DNA of 64,000 nt from Daphnia carinata (taxonomy: Eukaryota), in NCBI RefSeq assembly GCF_022539665.2, contig NC_081332.1, positions 3,100,001 to 3,164,000 of the forward strand. Direction: 5' to 3'. This document shows positions 11,167-25,021 of this stretch, one piece after another (positions within the stretch are counted from its first letter, which is position 1; each line of letters starts with the position of its first letter). The notes under the pieces were generated by a model. It was not told where the DNA came from and ran no database searches. It saw nothing but the letters and a program-made list of their open reading frames with translations. The position numbers and the translations under genes were made by a program.

Positions 11167-13973
11167 TATTTCGCGATAGCCTGAAAAAATAAACGAAATG
11201 CAACAGATTATGTCAAAGACAATAGCGAGAAAGGAAGCTTACCCACACCTGTGTACGCCAAGTAGTCGACTAAGCTGGATTTGTTAAAAAATCAAACTTT
11301 ATACGAGAACTCCTTTTTTTTTTGCCAGACGTGGGGGGCCTTAAAAAACGTGCGCAGCAAATAACCCCGCCCCAATCATTTAAAGGTAATGCTCTTTCAC
11401 ACAGCAGTAGAAATAAACAAACAGTAGTTTCCACAAACGATCGTTTCTCCCGGTAGAGATAGTGCGAAAAAAAAGCAGATGGTGTTAGCATCTTGTTTCA
11501 CCGTCTTCCTGTCAATTCTTGCATTGTGTTTTAAAAGGTGAAACGTGTTCCTAGCTTAACACCGATGTCAATGACGAATAAGGTAGGGAAGAAAAAAAAA
11601 AAAAATACCCATTCCGTTCAATAACTCTTTGGCATTTCACGTAGGTGGTTTTTTTTTGTACCTGGAAAAGTGTCAAGAAAAGAGATGGAGAAATAAAGAA
11701 AGAAGAGTAACAAAAAATCGAGAGAATGCAAAAACCATTTCCACCGTCTGGCTTTGATCCCAAGATTTCAGAAAGATATCAAAAGGAACTTTCTTTTTCC
11801 TTTAAATACAAAAATCGATCCGCCTGAGAGTTGTTTGAACATTTGGCCACGACAGCTATGATTTCATTTTTATGTTCTAACATACTCCTCGGTACACACA
11901 CCCACACAAAGGTGTACTCAGTTTAAACGGGGACATCGATGATCACGCAGATTATGGGTTTCGCATCGCATACAAAACAAATGCCATAACATTCCTATTA
12001 CTGTCTGATGACCGGGCAATTTTCATTCTTCAACAAGGGCAGCACCGCGCATTGATCAAACAGAAAGTTGCAAACGGTGTAGGCTTTCAGTCGACAAACA
12101 CGGCTGACCATTCCGGAATTTAAGGATCTATGATTATAGTGAAAAGCGGCTAAGCCTACAGGGGGAAATTGAACTCGCAAAAGTCCCATCATCTCGGGGT
12201 CCCCATGCGACTTTCAAGTTGTTTGAAGATAAAATCGCTCGTCGCTTCCATTGTGTGTCGCAATGAAAAGGACTTCATACAAGAAAAAATTCGACTCGGT
12301 ATGGTGTGTGTTTGTGTATCCCGATGGGCCATCGGGAGGGGAAAAAAGTGTCACGACCTATGCTGATCGATCTACACCCTCTTCGTCTTTTACGTAAGTC
12401 TTTGTCGGAGGCGATATCATCAAGCGGATCGCATGCTGCGCACAGGAACCCCGCGTCGAAACATTATAATCTTCCTCGTCGACTTGGTTATAAATCATAA
12501 TAATAATATATGATAGGGCAGTACGATACGTCTATGATACACAGACAAAGTTATAAAACATACGATGAGAGATCAAAGGCCAGTGATGGATCCGTTGTTT
12601 GGCTACCTACACTCAAATAGCCATCTGACCTTTTTCAATTCGCTTTTCGTCTGCGGAACGATAGCTATGTCAAACACACGAGTGTTTGTCGGATTATTAT
12701 TATGTTTTTTCTAACGTTAGCAAAAAGAGAAGAAGACACTGGGGAAACTTCCAATTATTCGGAAGAAGGCTCCGCAGCACAATGGTAGCATCAATAAATA
12801 AAGGATCGACCACTGCCGCTTGTAATAATTAATGGTCTAGATGAGAGTCGCTTCCTCTCCTTTTTTTCCGTGGTGATTGTAGACGATTGAAGTGCGGCAT
12901 CGAGCCAAACGTCTTATTTGGTGCAGAAAAGTCGCTGTCGAGAACGCGTGATCACGGACAGAGGAGAATCCTACAAAGGATAATATAATATTAATAAAGT
13001 AAAAAGACTTGAGCGTTGCGTATAGGGACAAGAGCTACATCAACAATCAATAACACGGGTCCGATTTACTCGCTGGAATGCAATGCTACAATGAGATACG
13101 GACCTCTTTCGTTTTTATACGGATATATAGCCAACATACCGTTCGAGAGACTCGAGTATAAATATACCAGCACTGTCACACACAGCACATGTCTGAAATA
13201 GTTTCCATATAAACCCACTCTTGACTTGTCTTCTTCATCTTTTTGCCTCTTGTATGTTTTTCTTTATCTCTTTCATATTCTTTTCTATCCCCGGCAATAA
13301 TTTACGACGATAAGACAAGGGAGAGAGAAATATTTAGGAAAAGTGGAATCTTACTGCTTTCGCGTCAGTATCCGCATGCTGAGGAGGGAAACGAAAGAAC
13401 AAAAGGAGAATCTATGGGTAAGACAAAAGAAGTCGACTCCTCATGAAAATCTGATCAACTGAGACAACAGCCAACAATCCCACGGGCTACCCAACGCTGG
13501 AAGAAGGTGGGCGATTCTAGGATCGATCAGCAAATAACGCAGAGAAATCTATTCGGCATAAAGCAATAAGAAATTCAGAAAGGCAAGCCGACGCAATCTC
13601 TACATCCAACAGTCGATCCGCACACACACACGCATTCGAAGTCAACGCAAGGCCCTGGAATAAACTACCCCCCCCCCCCCCACTGTAAAATGAAAAAAAG
13701 AAAAAAGGAGAATGTCAGAATAGAAAAAAAAAATTGAGGTAAATAGGGAGAGATCAGTAAACTACACTATTTGCATATCGATGTCTGTCAATCTCTAGGC
13801 AAAGTTACTTCAAGCAGTTGCCGGAAAACTTCCGGACGACTGAATAAAATTCCATCTGGTAGTTTCTGAGAGATCCTATTCTTAAAACCCCTACCCCCCC
13901 CCCCCCATCTAACGAGGGAGGGGGGGGGGATCCAAGTTAGAAGGGAATAAACATAAAACAGATTTTTTTTTCA

Positions 13974-13979
13974 TTTATT
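13974..13979 (-). terminator. Candidate poly(A) signal of the scabrous-like gene
   Basis: AATAAA on the minus strand ~940 nt after the stop codon; other AT-rich candidates exist. Confidence 0.35.
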
Positions 13980-14918
13980 TTATATCAGCCGTATATTTTC
14001 ATTTTCATTCGATTTTTATCAGTATTTGCCATCCCAAAAAAACTTAGGTTGGATTTTTTTGTTTTGTTTTTTGAAGTTTGTTTGTTCAATGTTTTTGTTC
14101 AGCTCGTCAATCAATGACGACCACGAGATATATATGTATATAGTAGACACACACGGTGTAGGTCCCTTGCTATATCCTGCACGCAAATGCCAGCACAGAA
14201 AAGCAGAGGATTATGAACATGTACATTTATAGTTTGCAAGAGCAGTAACCAAGCCGTTGCACGCAACCTACCAACGAAACACAAACATCATCTCCTCTCG
14301 CCGTAATTTATATAATATGATATGTGTTATGCACACCGAAGAAAAAAAAAATATCCTAATCGAAATGAAAAACTTGACACAGAAAAAAAAACAAAAAACG
14401 AACGATAGAATAACCATTGACGGAACCCAGTTACAAAACGTACCAGAGCACACATCGGGATGGCCAATTTTCAATCGAGAAATCTTATGTTAGGCGAGCA
14501 AAAATTCTAGTTGTGTACATATTGACAAAAAAAAAAAAAACGAAATCATTCCCGCCCATCAAATAAAATACGTCTTTCGTGCAGACTAGGTTTACATTTA
14601 CATATCCGAATACACTTAAAATAAATCGGATCAGTGGGTGATCGTCCTGATTTTGTGCGCCAGTTTGTTGGTGGCGTCAGGCGATGATTTGAAAAGCTGG
14701 AACAGTCAAACAAAAACACATGTGGCAGATCGTTAGAATAACATGGATACATTTTTTCCCCCCAATTTAAGTGCGCCACAGGGGGGTAGAAGGGTTTGCG
14801 TTAAAGTGCACGAACGGGGAACAACTTGGACTAGGCCTTTCGATCCGACATCGCCTCGTACGATAGCGAACGACTTGACGGATGGGATTTTTTTTTTTTG
14901 TTGATTTCTTGTTCACAT

Positions 14919-17900
14919 TCAATGAACAGACGGTGTCGTGCTAACGCTCGCCGTCGTCGTCGTTGCCGGCTGGTTGAAAATGCGCTTGTCGCGCACCTTC
15001 ATCTCCACTTTGGCCAGCGCGATCCATTCGTTTTCCAGGCTGTCGTACCAAGTCAATCCGAGCGCGTATTTGCCGTTGATGTTGACGTGCTGACAGTGCG
15101 AGTACCACCATCCGCCCTGGTAACTATCGGCGCAGTTTGTGTTGCTGAGATCCTGGTCGTTGTCTCGGGTGCTGAATTTCATCGACTGGTGGTACGAGGC
15201 CATGGCGTCCGAAGCGTTGCCCGTGTAGCCGTGGAATTGGACGGCGTAGCCGTCGTTCTCGTTGCCGACCAGGAAGCTGTCGTATTCCGCCCACCAGTAC
15301 TGGCCGTAAATGTCCCACAGGTCCACGCGCAGCATCGTCGCGTTATCTTTCGTTAGACGGTGGAGGTTGTCGTTGCCGAGCCAGAATTCTCCGAGGACCG
15401 AGCCGAAACCTGATTTGTAAGCGGCCCAGTTCCGGTTAAAGTCTTCCTTTCCGTCCGAGCGGCGCTGGATGAGCGTCCACCCGCCGCCGGAAGTCTCCTG
15501 GTCGCAGTAGACCTTGACGACCTCGGCCGATTCACGCGGCAGGATGAAATTCACGCCCGTTGAAGACACCTCGCGGCAATCTGTAAAATAAAAAGCGAAG
15601 GAGAAAAGAAAAAAAAAAAAAATGAGTTGCAATCCACCGTGAATTTTCGTTCAATTCATCATTCAAATGAATGAAGACTTACCGTGGGGCAAATTGTGCG
15701 CTAGATTGTTGTATTCGTGTTCCAAATGAGACAGACTCTGTCTAAGCGATTCGATAGACTGAGCCGACTGGATGGATTGCTCCAGCTGGGCCAATCTCCA
15801 GTTCTGGACTTGCTGGCCGTGGCTTTGGTTCATCATGGCCAGCGTGTTGTTGGTCAGTTTGGCCAGCAAAAGGGCCGAGCGGATCTGGTCGGCTTGCACC
15901 TGCTCTTGCAACAGCGTCGTCGTCATCCGCAGCGATTTGACGAGTTCCAGCTGTTCGCCCTGATCCTCTCGCAACGTGTGAACGGTGGATGTCAGTTGGC
16001 CGTCATTGTACTCGAGCTTGGCCACTTCACGTTGAAGCTCGCTGATGTTGTCGTCGTAACGCTCTTCCAATCGTTCCATCGCTTCAAACAGTTGAAGCGT
16101 CGACGATTGCACCTGGTCAACTCCAGAGACTTTCAACGATAGCCGATCCACCGTCTCGGCAAGCTTCTTATTCTGCGAGCTGATTTCAGCCACATCTTCG
16201 GCGTTGTGATGATTGGCCGCACATCTCGGTTCGCTGTCCAGCCGCTTGAGCACAGCCTTCAGTTCGGTCTCCATTTTGTGGACGTTGGACTCGGCTGTCG
16301 TTCTCATTTGACTCAAAAGCACCATTTGCTTCTGCAAATCGTGCTGCTCGCTGGCCAATGTTTTCACCATCTTTCTCAACGTGTGGATTTCGTGGTTGAG
16401 CTCCCTGCGATGGTGGCGGATCTTGTGCCGGGGCTGGGACGCCGTCGTCGTGGACAGTCGATTAGTTTGGTCTTCATCATCGATGACGGATCGGGTCCTT
16501 CTCCTTTGGTTCTTCTTGGTCTTGAGCATGTTGACGACGGGCTCTTCGTGCTCGACCGACATGGCCATCATTTTGCGAGACAACTGCACTTCCAGACGAA
16601 TATCAGCCATCTGTTTTTAAGAGAAACAAGTAGAAATTCATTATGATATTTATGGTAGCAGCAACAAACAGGCCGAAGGTTTGGACGTTTTCATCCGCAT
16701 TTCGCACCCGTCAAAGGGCAACAAAAAAAAAAAAAAAAAGAAAATCATAAAAGCGCAACATCTGAAAAGCTCGTTTTTCCAAGTCTTAAAAAGAGCAGCC
16801 AAGAATGATTCGAGTGGAAAACGAGAAAAAACGGAGAGCCGACGGGCGGAATTTCAAGCAGATGAGTGACGATGAAAAGAAAAGGAAACAAAAACGGCCT
16901 GTACGTAACTATACGCATATCGCTGGAGCGTAATAGAATGAGACGTGCAACAACTTGAAAATACCTATCCAGACGGTAGCGTACCCATCAGTCTACGTCT
17001 ATATAACACCAGCAAGATGTGAAAACTTTTTTTCTTTTTCATATCTAACTGTCTCTCTAGAAAAGAAAAATAGACCGAGAACTTTTACTACCGCACGTTT
17101 TCTTTCGGTTGTTTTTTTATTTTCCTAGAGCCTTTGATATCTAACGAATTGGTGCATCGCAATTTAATCTCGTGGATTCATGCACATATCGTTGCAAAAA
17201 GAAATGCAATTACAATCAAATGCTTCTTTGCAGCTGAAACGGTTTTCCTGCCTAATTTTTGTGTTTTGAAAAAGAGGTAAATAATGGAGCGTACTTTTCG
17301 ATTCACCCCTCACTTTTGCTGGCCCGTTCCAGACACGTTTTACGCTCCCTTCTTCTGGCGCTTCGATAATGATGACTTTGGACCCTTTGCGGTTTCACTT
17401 GAATAACAAGAAGCACACAAGAAAAAAAAAAAAAGGGAACAATCGACTTTATGAAAGTTTTCTTTTGTCTATACGTTACTTATAAACCTAGTGCCAGCAG
17501 GCCGGATGTGTGGTGGGGAGGCGAGCCACGCCAATGGGGCAATCAAGTTATTGTGGGGATACAGAGGACCATATTATACAAGACCATCCTCCAATTTTGT
17601 TTGTCTTTATGTACACCATATCTACATGCCACTTGCGTGTGTACGACATCAAAATAATGATCCTTTACTGCCGACGGATTGCCAGTTGAAGAAAAAAACA
17701 TGTCGACTTCCAGCGGGAATGGGGCCGAACTATAAATCAACTACCAGACCGTAGTACGTTATAATTCTTGATAGTTGAAAGTGCAAAGAACGATGGGGAT
17801 TAAAAAAAGAAAAGAAATCCCCTTTCCCCGTTGTACACGTAAACAATCGGCAAGCAGAGCAGTCCGTTCCCAACTGAAAGGGTTCACAGTCCAACGCGAT

Positions 17901-20900
17901 TGACTCGAACTGATTGAAAGAACGTGGCGTCGCTCTTTTATTTCGTTCCTACTAAAAGCTGGTTACATCGATCGCGACTCTCTTAACCATCCATCTCCCG
18001 TTCCCCTCTTTTCATCCTAAAAATAAATACTGCGAATACAGGAGACGAGTGACCGAATCCGCATCAGTTTCATGAAAAATCACATCCCATTTTTGTTTTT
18101 TTCCCCCGCCCGTTTTTTTCCATTTGACTTGAGTCACGATCCGATACGAATGTAGACGTGCAAGTCAAAGTCTTTTTTTGTGTGTGCTATATTCACCAGG
18201 GTAGACATTGGATGGATTATTCCAATCATTCCTCGCGTGCGCACATCCGGAAAGAGGGACGTTCGTACAATCATCTGCGTGAGAGCTCCTTCTGCTTTTA
18301 CGCGTGTCGCCGGATTCGAAAGCATAAGGCACTGCCACACATTGACGTATGGCGAAGCTCACCGTATGTCTATCGCACCCGCCATCGCTATGTCACACCG
18401 TGAACTCGCTTATACAATTCCTGTTTTTTTTTGTTTTTTTTTTGCTGATTCTATCCGTTGCCAAAAATAAGAAAAAATCCGCATTTCATTTGAGTTCAAA
18501 ATCCAAACAGTCGCGACTGGAACGTGTTGAAACTCAACATTCAAAGAATCGATCCATTATGGCAAGGAATTAGATTTCTGATGGTGCGATCGCGTTCGGC
18601 AGAGACCTGGCGGCGGTCCGCTTAAAGCGCGTCTCGGTACATTGTACCGCGGTGGGCGGGCCCCGATATCGACACTCTTGTTGCTGTGGTTAATGGCTAA
18701 TCTCTCTTCATCTGTTTATCGCCATTCTACTCTATCGATTTCTAACGCTAAGCCCCCCAAGGCCCTTCAACACATTTACTCTCAACTTGATTGGGACAAC
18801 ATAGAAAGAAAAAAAGCGGTAAGTGCAAACGCCGATGGCAATCACTCCCACACAGGGAACGAAAGCAAGACGCACATTATGGTCGTTGATATCTAAGTAA
18901 TAGAAGCTGCTCCGCAAAAACAGGCGATACAAGAGAACGCGTCGATATCGGCTAAAGTTAATGAAATCATGAAAGACAGATTTTGCTGGAAGCCCTCGCA
19001 TGAGGAAACCCGAAGAAATATCTCAACGTGTATGTTTTATTTCCCATCCGCTAGCGCTGGTTAACTCTCTCCCACAGGAGGTTTCCAATCAACTCCGCAG
19101 AATCCACGCACAAATTGAGTTCGGGTACGTTGCCCTACCCTTTCTCTCTTTCTCTCTCTCTCTGACGGCCATCCGGGCTGGAGATTTCAACCGCGTGAGG
19201 TGAAATGAGATTCCGCTTAGGTCGCTAGGGACCCGCAAACCACAACAAACAAAGCAATAAAAAAAAAAAAGGAGGAATAAAGACATTCTGACCTAATAAA
19301 ATCCCGTTTTCTTTTCTCTCTCTCTCTCTCTCTCCTCGATTCTGTATTATCGGCTATCTCTACCGCAGTTCGTTATTGTGCGCACGCGTTTGACAATTGG
19401 ATTTCGGCAGACACGGATGGACCGTCTAATGGTAAGCGAAGTGCGTGCCGACAAACCGTTATTATCACATTTATTAGTTAGTGGAAGAAAAGAAAAAAGA
19501 CAGCGCGAAGAATAATGGCTTCTATTTTCGTTATAGCTATTCGGTGGTATCGCTTTTACGGCCTTGTATAATGAGCGACATTTGGTGGTCAATTAACGTC
19601 CATTACACATTTGAAAACGGGAAATGGCAGGCGCCTCCGCTTCACATATGCGTCTTTTTTTTTTTTCTTTTAAACTTTAATGTTAAAGAAGTCGGGTTTT
19701 CTACAGTTGCTTCCGGCCTTGAAAAGTACTATAAATCCATTAAGCTAACCATTCGCTCCTTCCCTTTTTCCATAGGTTAAAATAAAAATCCATCGGAAAT
19801 CAATCAATCAATAAACACGAAGAATAGAAATACCAAACGGTCCGTACGCATCTCTCGCCCCGTGTCTTCGCAAAAATAGTCAAATCATCGGGGGTGACCA
19901 ATCAACTATTTTTGAATGAGGGTGGTAGATGAAAATAAGAAAAAAGAAGGCCCCATCTGTTCATCGTCGAGGACGAACTCCACGAGAAATACAAACGAAA
20001 AAAAAAAATAAATAAATAAATAAAAACAGGTAAAAAAAAAAAAAAAGAGATGCGGGCTTTTTAAAACGTATTGGGGTAAGAGGGGGGAAGGCTATTGGCC
20101 TGAGGGGGCAGGTGTTGCCTTGGTGTTATTTAGTGGTCCCTTCTTCTTTCATAAAAAAAAATGGGTAAAAAAAAAAAAAAAATTTAATTCAGTTAAGAGA
20201 GACTGTGCGCTTGCAAGGTGCTGTCTGTATGCACACCCTTGTTAACCCCCTACCTTCCCGTATGTTGCCATCGAAACATGTTTTTCTTCAACGATGTAGA
20301 GGGAAAAGACGATTTTCTTTTTGTGTGTGTGTTCCCTTCTTCTAAATAATAATAATAAAGATGAAGCACAGCAGAATGGCGGCGGTCGGAAGAAGAAAAG
20401 GCAGAAGAGGTTGTTGTTGATGTGTGCGCGCTCGTATTGGATTCCATCGGCAACGTACGTCTATACACCTGGAACACGGCGAGAAGCTCCTTATGGGCCC
20501 CCGTGTTTACTATTTGCAACGTTCAGGAGGAACCGTGACAGATGCGGCCAGGCGAATGTCAGCGAAAAAAAATAAAATAATCCGAGCAAATAATAATAAT
20601 AATAAAAAAAGGAAGATATCCCCCCCTCCCCGTCCTTGTTGACTTTATGAAAGCCGAAAGCTGTACAAGGGCATCGAGTTCTTTAACTGTCGGCAGATTC
20701 CACCCTCAAACAAACTAGGGAACAAAAAAAATCAAAGCTACAGCGAAAATTGTTGTTGAGCCATTCCAACATCAAAATTTTGGAAAAAAAAAAACTATGT
20801 TTGAAGGAAAACTATGAAAAGGGCGAGTAGACACACAAAAAGTAACTATTTTCACTTTTTTCTATGTGGTAAAGGAGATTACAAGAGGAGATAAATTCTC

Positions 20901-22121
20901 CCAATGTATATATATATATACACGTATACATCGCCATAATGAGACTAGCGTAAATAAAAAGGAACGTGCTCCGGGAGTTCTTGTCGATCGACCCGGTTCT
21001 TTCTTTCTTTCTTTTTTTTTTTTTTACTGGCGCATTATCACGCTCCCATGTCTGTGTGTATACGCCGTCCTTTTCATCCAATAACCCGGCCCATTTTTGG
21101 CACATTGCCTATATCTAACGTGTACACACAGATACGTTTCTATCCGCAAAACGAACACGACGTCGATAATATTCACGTTGCTCTGCTGCGTGCCTACGAG
21201 CCATCTCTTTTTATAGTTCTTCACACTTCGCATGACTGTTAAAAAAAAACAAAAAAAAAACAAAAAAAAAAAAAAAAAAAAACAGTTGTCATTCACGTCC
21301 GCTGTTTGAACCATTCCCGCCCTGATTTCATTCTCTCTCTTTGAATTCCACGATTTTTTCTCCCCCCCCCCTCGCCTTAAAAATATCAGGAGATCAGACG
21401 GAAATGTCACGCGAACTTTGTGCGAGCGAAACGTGCGCCAAACTCAAAGTCGATACAAGTTGACTTTGAGTTAAAGGTAAAGTCATTTCGCTTTGACTAT
21501 AACCACTCAAAGGTTTTTTTTTTTTTTTTTTATAACAGGTCCGCTATATACCTGACCCGAATGCCTTATCCACTCTGGAAAAACAAAACCAAAAAAAAAA
21601 AAAAGGAGAAGAACTTTTTGGCGGATATGCAAGTTACAGAAGGGGCCGAATGTCTCAGTGAAGCCGTGCGAAACATAAAAAAAAGTCAAATCGTACAAGT
21701 TGCTATTTTTTTTTTTTTTTTGCCCCCCCGACCGTCTCACTTTTTCGGTCTCCAACATCCATAAAATGCAAGGTACATGACAGAAGATGGAAAAAAAAAA
21801 TGTGAAGCCTTATCCTCTTGTTATATAGGACAGTTCTTATTGATAGTCAAAAGCGAGAAAAATTCCCTTTCTCTATTCCATTCTTTTTACGACCGATGAA
21901 ACATGATAAAAAAAATATTTTTTTTTTCGGTGGGAAAAACTGTGATGCTGTAAAACATGATTTTTCGGCGTACGCAAAGTTATATGATGATACAGCCGAA
22001 AATTCGATTCGCTTCTGCTTTGCTTCTGTGTACCCCCTCCCCCTCTCCTCTTTAAAAAAAAAAAAAAAGAAAAAAAAGAAACCCTTCGGCCTGTCGGACT
22101 TATTTGTTCCGGTTACGCAGA

Positions 22122-22166
<45 letters not shown>

Positions 22167-22963
22167 AGGGGGACTTACGTTGTTCTCGAGCCGGTCCAAT
22201 TGAGCCGTGTTGAGCTGCTGGTGCTGGTCGAGCCTCTGGACGTCGTCGCGGACCTGCTGGATCGATTGATTGATTTGTTGGCGATGGGCGGCGTCGTCGG
22301 CCACCTGAGCCTGCAGGGCGGCCACATCGGATCGTGTCAACTGGAGTTGGCCGGCCGTTTCCTGCTGTTGTTGCAGCTGGCGGGACACGTTGACCGATCG
22401 GTTCAGGTCCAGGATCTCGCCTTTCATTTCGGCCAGCGACGATTGGAGCCAGTGGAGCGTCTTCTGCTCGTTCTCCGATGATGTCGCCGTCGGCTCCGCG
22501 ACAAGATGTTGCCCGGTGGGCGCAAGTGCCGCTTCTCGGACGTGTTCCATGTCACGTCTTTCGAAGGACGACGTTAAAAAAATAAATAAAAGGGAATTAG
22601 TTTTTTTTTTTATTTTTTTTTATTTTTTTTTTAATGCGTGCGCTACGAATGAATGGATGGGACTCACCTGAGAGCGTCAATCTCTGCGCGCAATTCACCA
22701 ATGACCGAGGCGTAATGGATGTCACGTAATTTAGTGGCCAGCAGCTCTTCGAGCGCCCGGTTGGTTTCGGCCATTTGTTTGGTCAATTCGCCGAGTCTTT
22801 GGCCTTCCACTTGCAGCACGACGGCACCGTCCAATTCCGAATCGGTCTTTAACAAAGTGTTGGTCGTCGATGACACGGTCGTCACCGACGGATCGACTTC
22901 ACAACTACAAACGCACACTGCGACCAGAACTAACAGACACTTGAACTCTGCCATCGTGGCCAT
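14919..22963 (-). CDS. sca: Scabrous-like secreted protein (signal peptide, coiled coils, C-terminal fibrinogen/FReD domain), 754 aa
   Basis: Exons 22963-22668, 22557-22179, 16610-15683 and 15580-14919 have GT-AG junctions and matching phases (2265 nt). Signal peptide CLLVLVAVCVCSC; TLHWLQ coiled-coil segment; FReD motifs GGGWTLIQRR, GEFWLGNDNLH, KFSTRDNDQD, GGWWYSHCQHVNING. Confidence 0.88.
22126..22162. repeat. (GA)n microsatellite just inside sca intron 2
   Basis: Seen directly, ~16 nt from the donor at 22178. Confidence 0.9.
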
Positions 22964-23472
22964 TCTCTTGTCGTTAATCAAACACCAAAGGGGAGGCGGT
23001 CGCAAACGAAAACTCGTACAGAAACTCTTAAAATTCACACATGAAAATTGTATCGAATTGTCTTTTTTTGTGTGTGTGTTTTGTCCGTTTCGTTTGAATA
23101 AAAATAAAACGTCGTTGGATCAAATAACAAACGGTCACACAAAAACAAAAATGATACTAAGGGGGGAGGGTGAGCTAAAGCCGGAGTGCTGCACACGTAG
23201 TTCACTGCTTGAAGCTCGGAACTCGACTGGCTTCGGTTCGAGTGGTAGCTACCGTTTTGTTCCCTCTGCTATCCCCCCCACCCCCCCCACCCCCTTTCAC
23301 ATCCAGCACCGTCTTCTCTAACTCCACCCACTTTTTCCTACCCCACGTTTGAGGAGGTCCGGCGTTGGATGCTCCAGTGGCCTCGTAGCTTCAACAAAAA
23401 AAAAAAAAAAAAAAAAAAAAGAAAGAAAAGGGAAGTGGGTGCTAGAACCTAAGAATCTACAGAGAGCGGCGT

Positions 23473-23696
23473 TCACCTGATGGCACGCGCTTATTCGCGC
23501 CTCCTCCCAACTGCCTCCGCCTTCCAGAAAACAACAAAAACATATGGAACTGCTGCTGCTGCTTTCGTCTGAGTTTGATGTTTGTGTCATTGTCGAAGGA
23601 GTGGGGGTTTGGTGCTTTTGCTAGATGTACGACGCTTGTATCATTTCTTTAACGGAAAATAGAACTGCTGCCATTGGAGTAGCCAGCTGCAGCTGC
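23473..23696. promoter_or_regulatory. Candidate bHLH activator/repressor sites upstream of sca
   Basis: CACCTG (23473) lies next to GGCACGCGC (23482, class-C Hairy/E(spl)-type site). Tandem CAGCTG-CAGCTG at 23684-23695. These are 0.5-0.7 kb upstream of the ATG. Confidence 0.4.
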
Positions 23697-24003
23697 CGAT
23701 AGCGAGGCACGCTCCCGAGCAAAGCTAACATACACACACACACAGACTCGCGTCAGCTATCGTCTTGTACGTATCACCAAGGCAGACATCAACAGCGTGC
23801 TACATAATGCCCTACAATTTATATACATATATATATTTTGGGAGGCATGAGGGCCAAGGAGTCGTCCTTGGAGAAGACGTGCTGCAATAGCCTCTTTTGT
23901 CAATCCCCTCCCCCCTCCCCCGTCAAGTTATAATCAAGGCTAATTCAATCAGTTGGTTGTACTTGCTTTCTACCAATGTCAGTGAGCCGGGCACGACAAT
24001 GGT

Positions 24004-24028
24004 ACACACACACACACAGACACACACA

Positions 24029-24062
<34 letters not shown>
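24004..24062. repeat. Interrupted (CA)n microsatellite
   Basis: Seen directly. Confidence 0.9.
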
Positions 24063-24063
<1 letters not shown>

Positions 24064-24974
24064 TAATGTGCTTACATTTACTATACAATCCTACTGTATA
24101 GGCAAAGTTCACTTTCTTCTTATTCTTTTCCGGCTTTCATTTCCGCTTTGCAAAACAATTCGATTGTTAAGTCTGTTAAGGATGTGTGTCTGACATTGTT
24201 CGACTAAGTTTCGATTTCCTTTTGATTCGTTTAGCTCCTTCGTTCGGGGTGTCCGTCATCGTATTAACATGCGACGACACGGACGGTCACGCCCTATGAC
24301 GATGCCCCCTTCTCGCTCCCGACAATGTCTCGGCTCAATCGTTTTCTTTCTTACGGCAAGAGCTTACGTTCGAGACGATTGCAACGGATTGCGCGCAGTT
24401 GCCGAGCTTTGGCTCCGTTAAACCAGCTGGGGGTACACAATTTAGTAGCCAACCAATATGTATAGCGTTAATTGAATGAATCTATTCGACCTCCATGATG
24501 CACCATTGCTTTTGCTATCCCCCCCCTTCCCCGAAAGTCAGTAGGGGGGAAGAGTCAGTACGTGGTACTTTTAGGAATACACATAAAATCGAAAATTTTC
24601 ATTTTGTAATTTTTAGTTTTTTTTTGTCATGAAGGGGATTTTTCTGACACGACAGCAGAAGCCAATAACAGAGGGGGATCTCTACGTTTGTCCGAGTTAC
24701 TTTCCCCCCTTTCCAAAAAGGCAAAAAAAAAAAGGTGAGGGGGTCGGTTGGCTTCACCTCCAATTATAATAAAGAAGAGAGCGCGGGTGGCAGCAGGTTA
24801 TATGCATAGGACGAAAAAAAGAAAAAAAAAAGGCAACAGAAGGGGGTCGGCTATGTGACAGCTGCTCTACGGTGCTCTTATAGTAGCCGGCCAGCAGCCA
24901 ACTATCTCAACAAACCTTCTGCCATTATGATTCACTATATGCAAACCCCTCTGTTTTTCCAAGTTGTGTTTCTC

Positions 24975-24978
<4 letters not shown>

Positions 24979-25016
<38 letters not shown>
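24979..25016. repeat. (AG)n microsatellite
   Basis: Seen directly. Confidence 0.9.

Positions 25017-25021
<5 letters not shown>

Noticed and set aside
13974..14918. K-box/GY-box/Brd-box motifs in the sca 3' UTR
   Set aside because: Looked for by eye and none found.
14898..16646. Plus-strand ORFs of 141-152 aa
   Set aside because: Antisense shadows of GC-rich sca exons.
22719..23321. 200-aa plus-strand ORF
   Set aside because: Antisense to sca exon 1 and 5' region; no recognisable domain.
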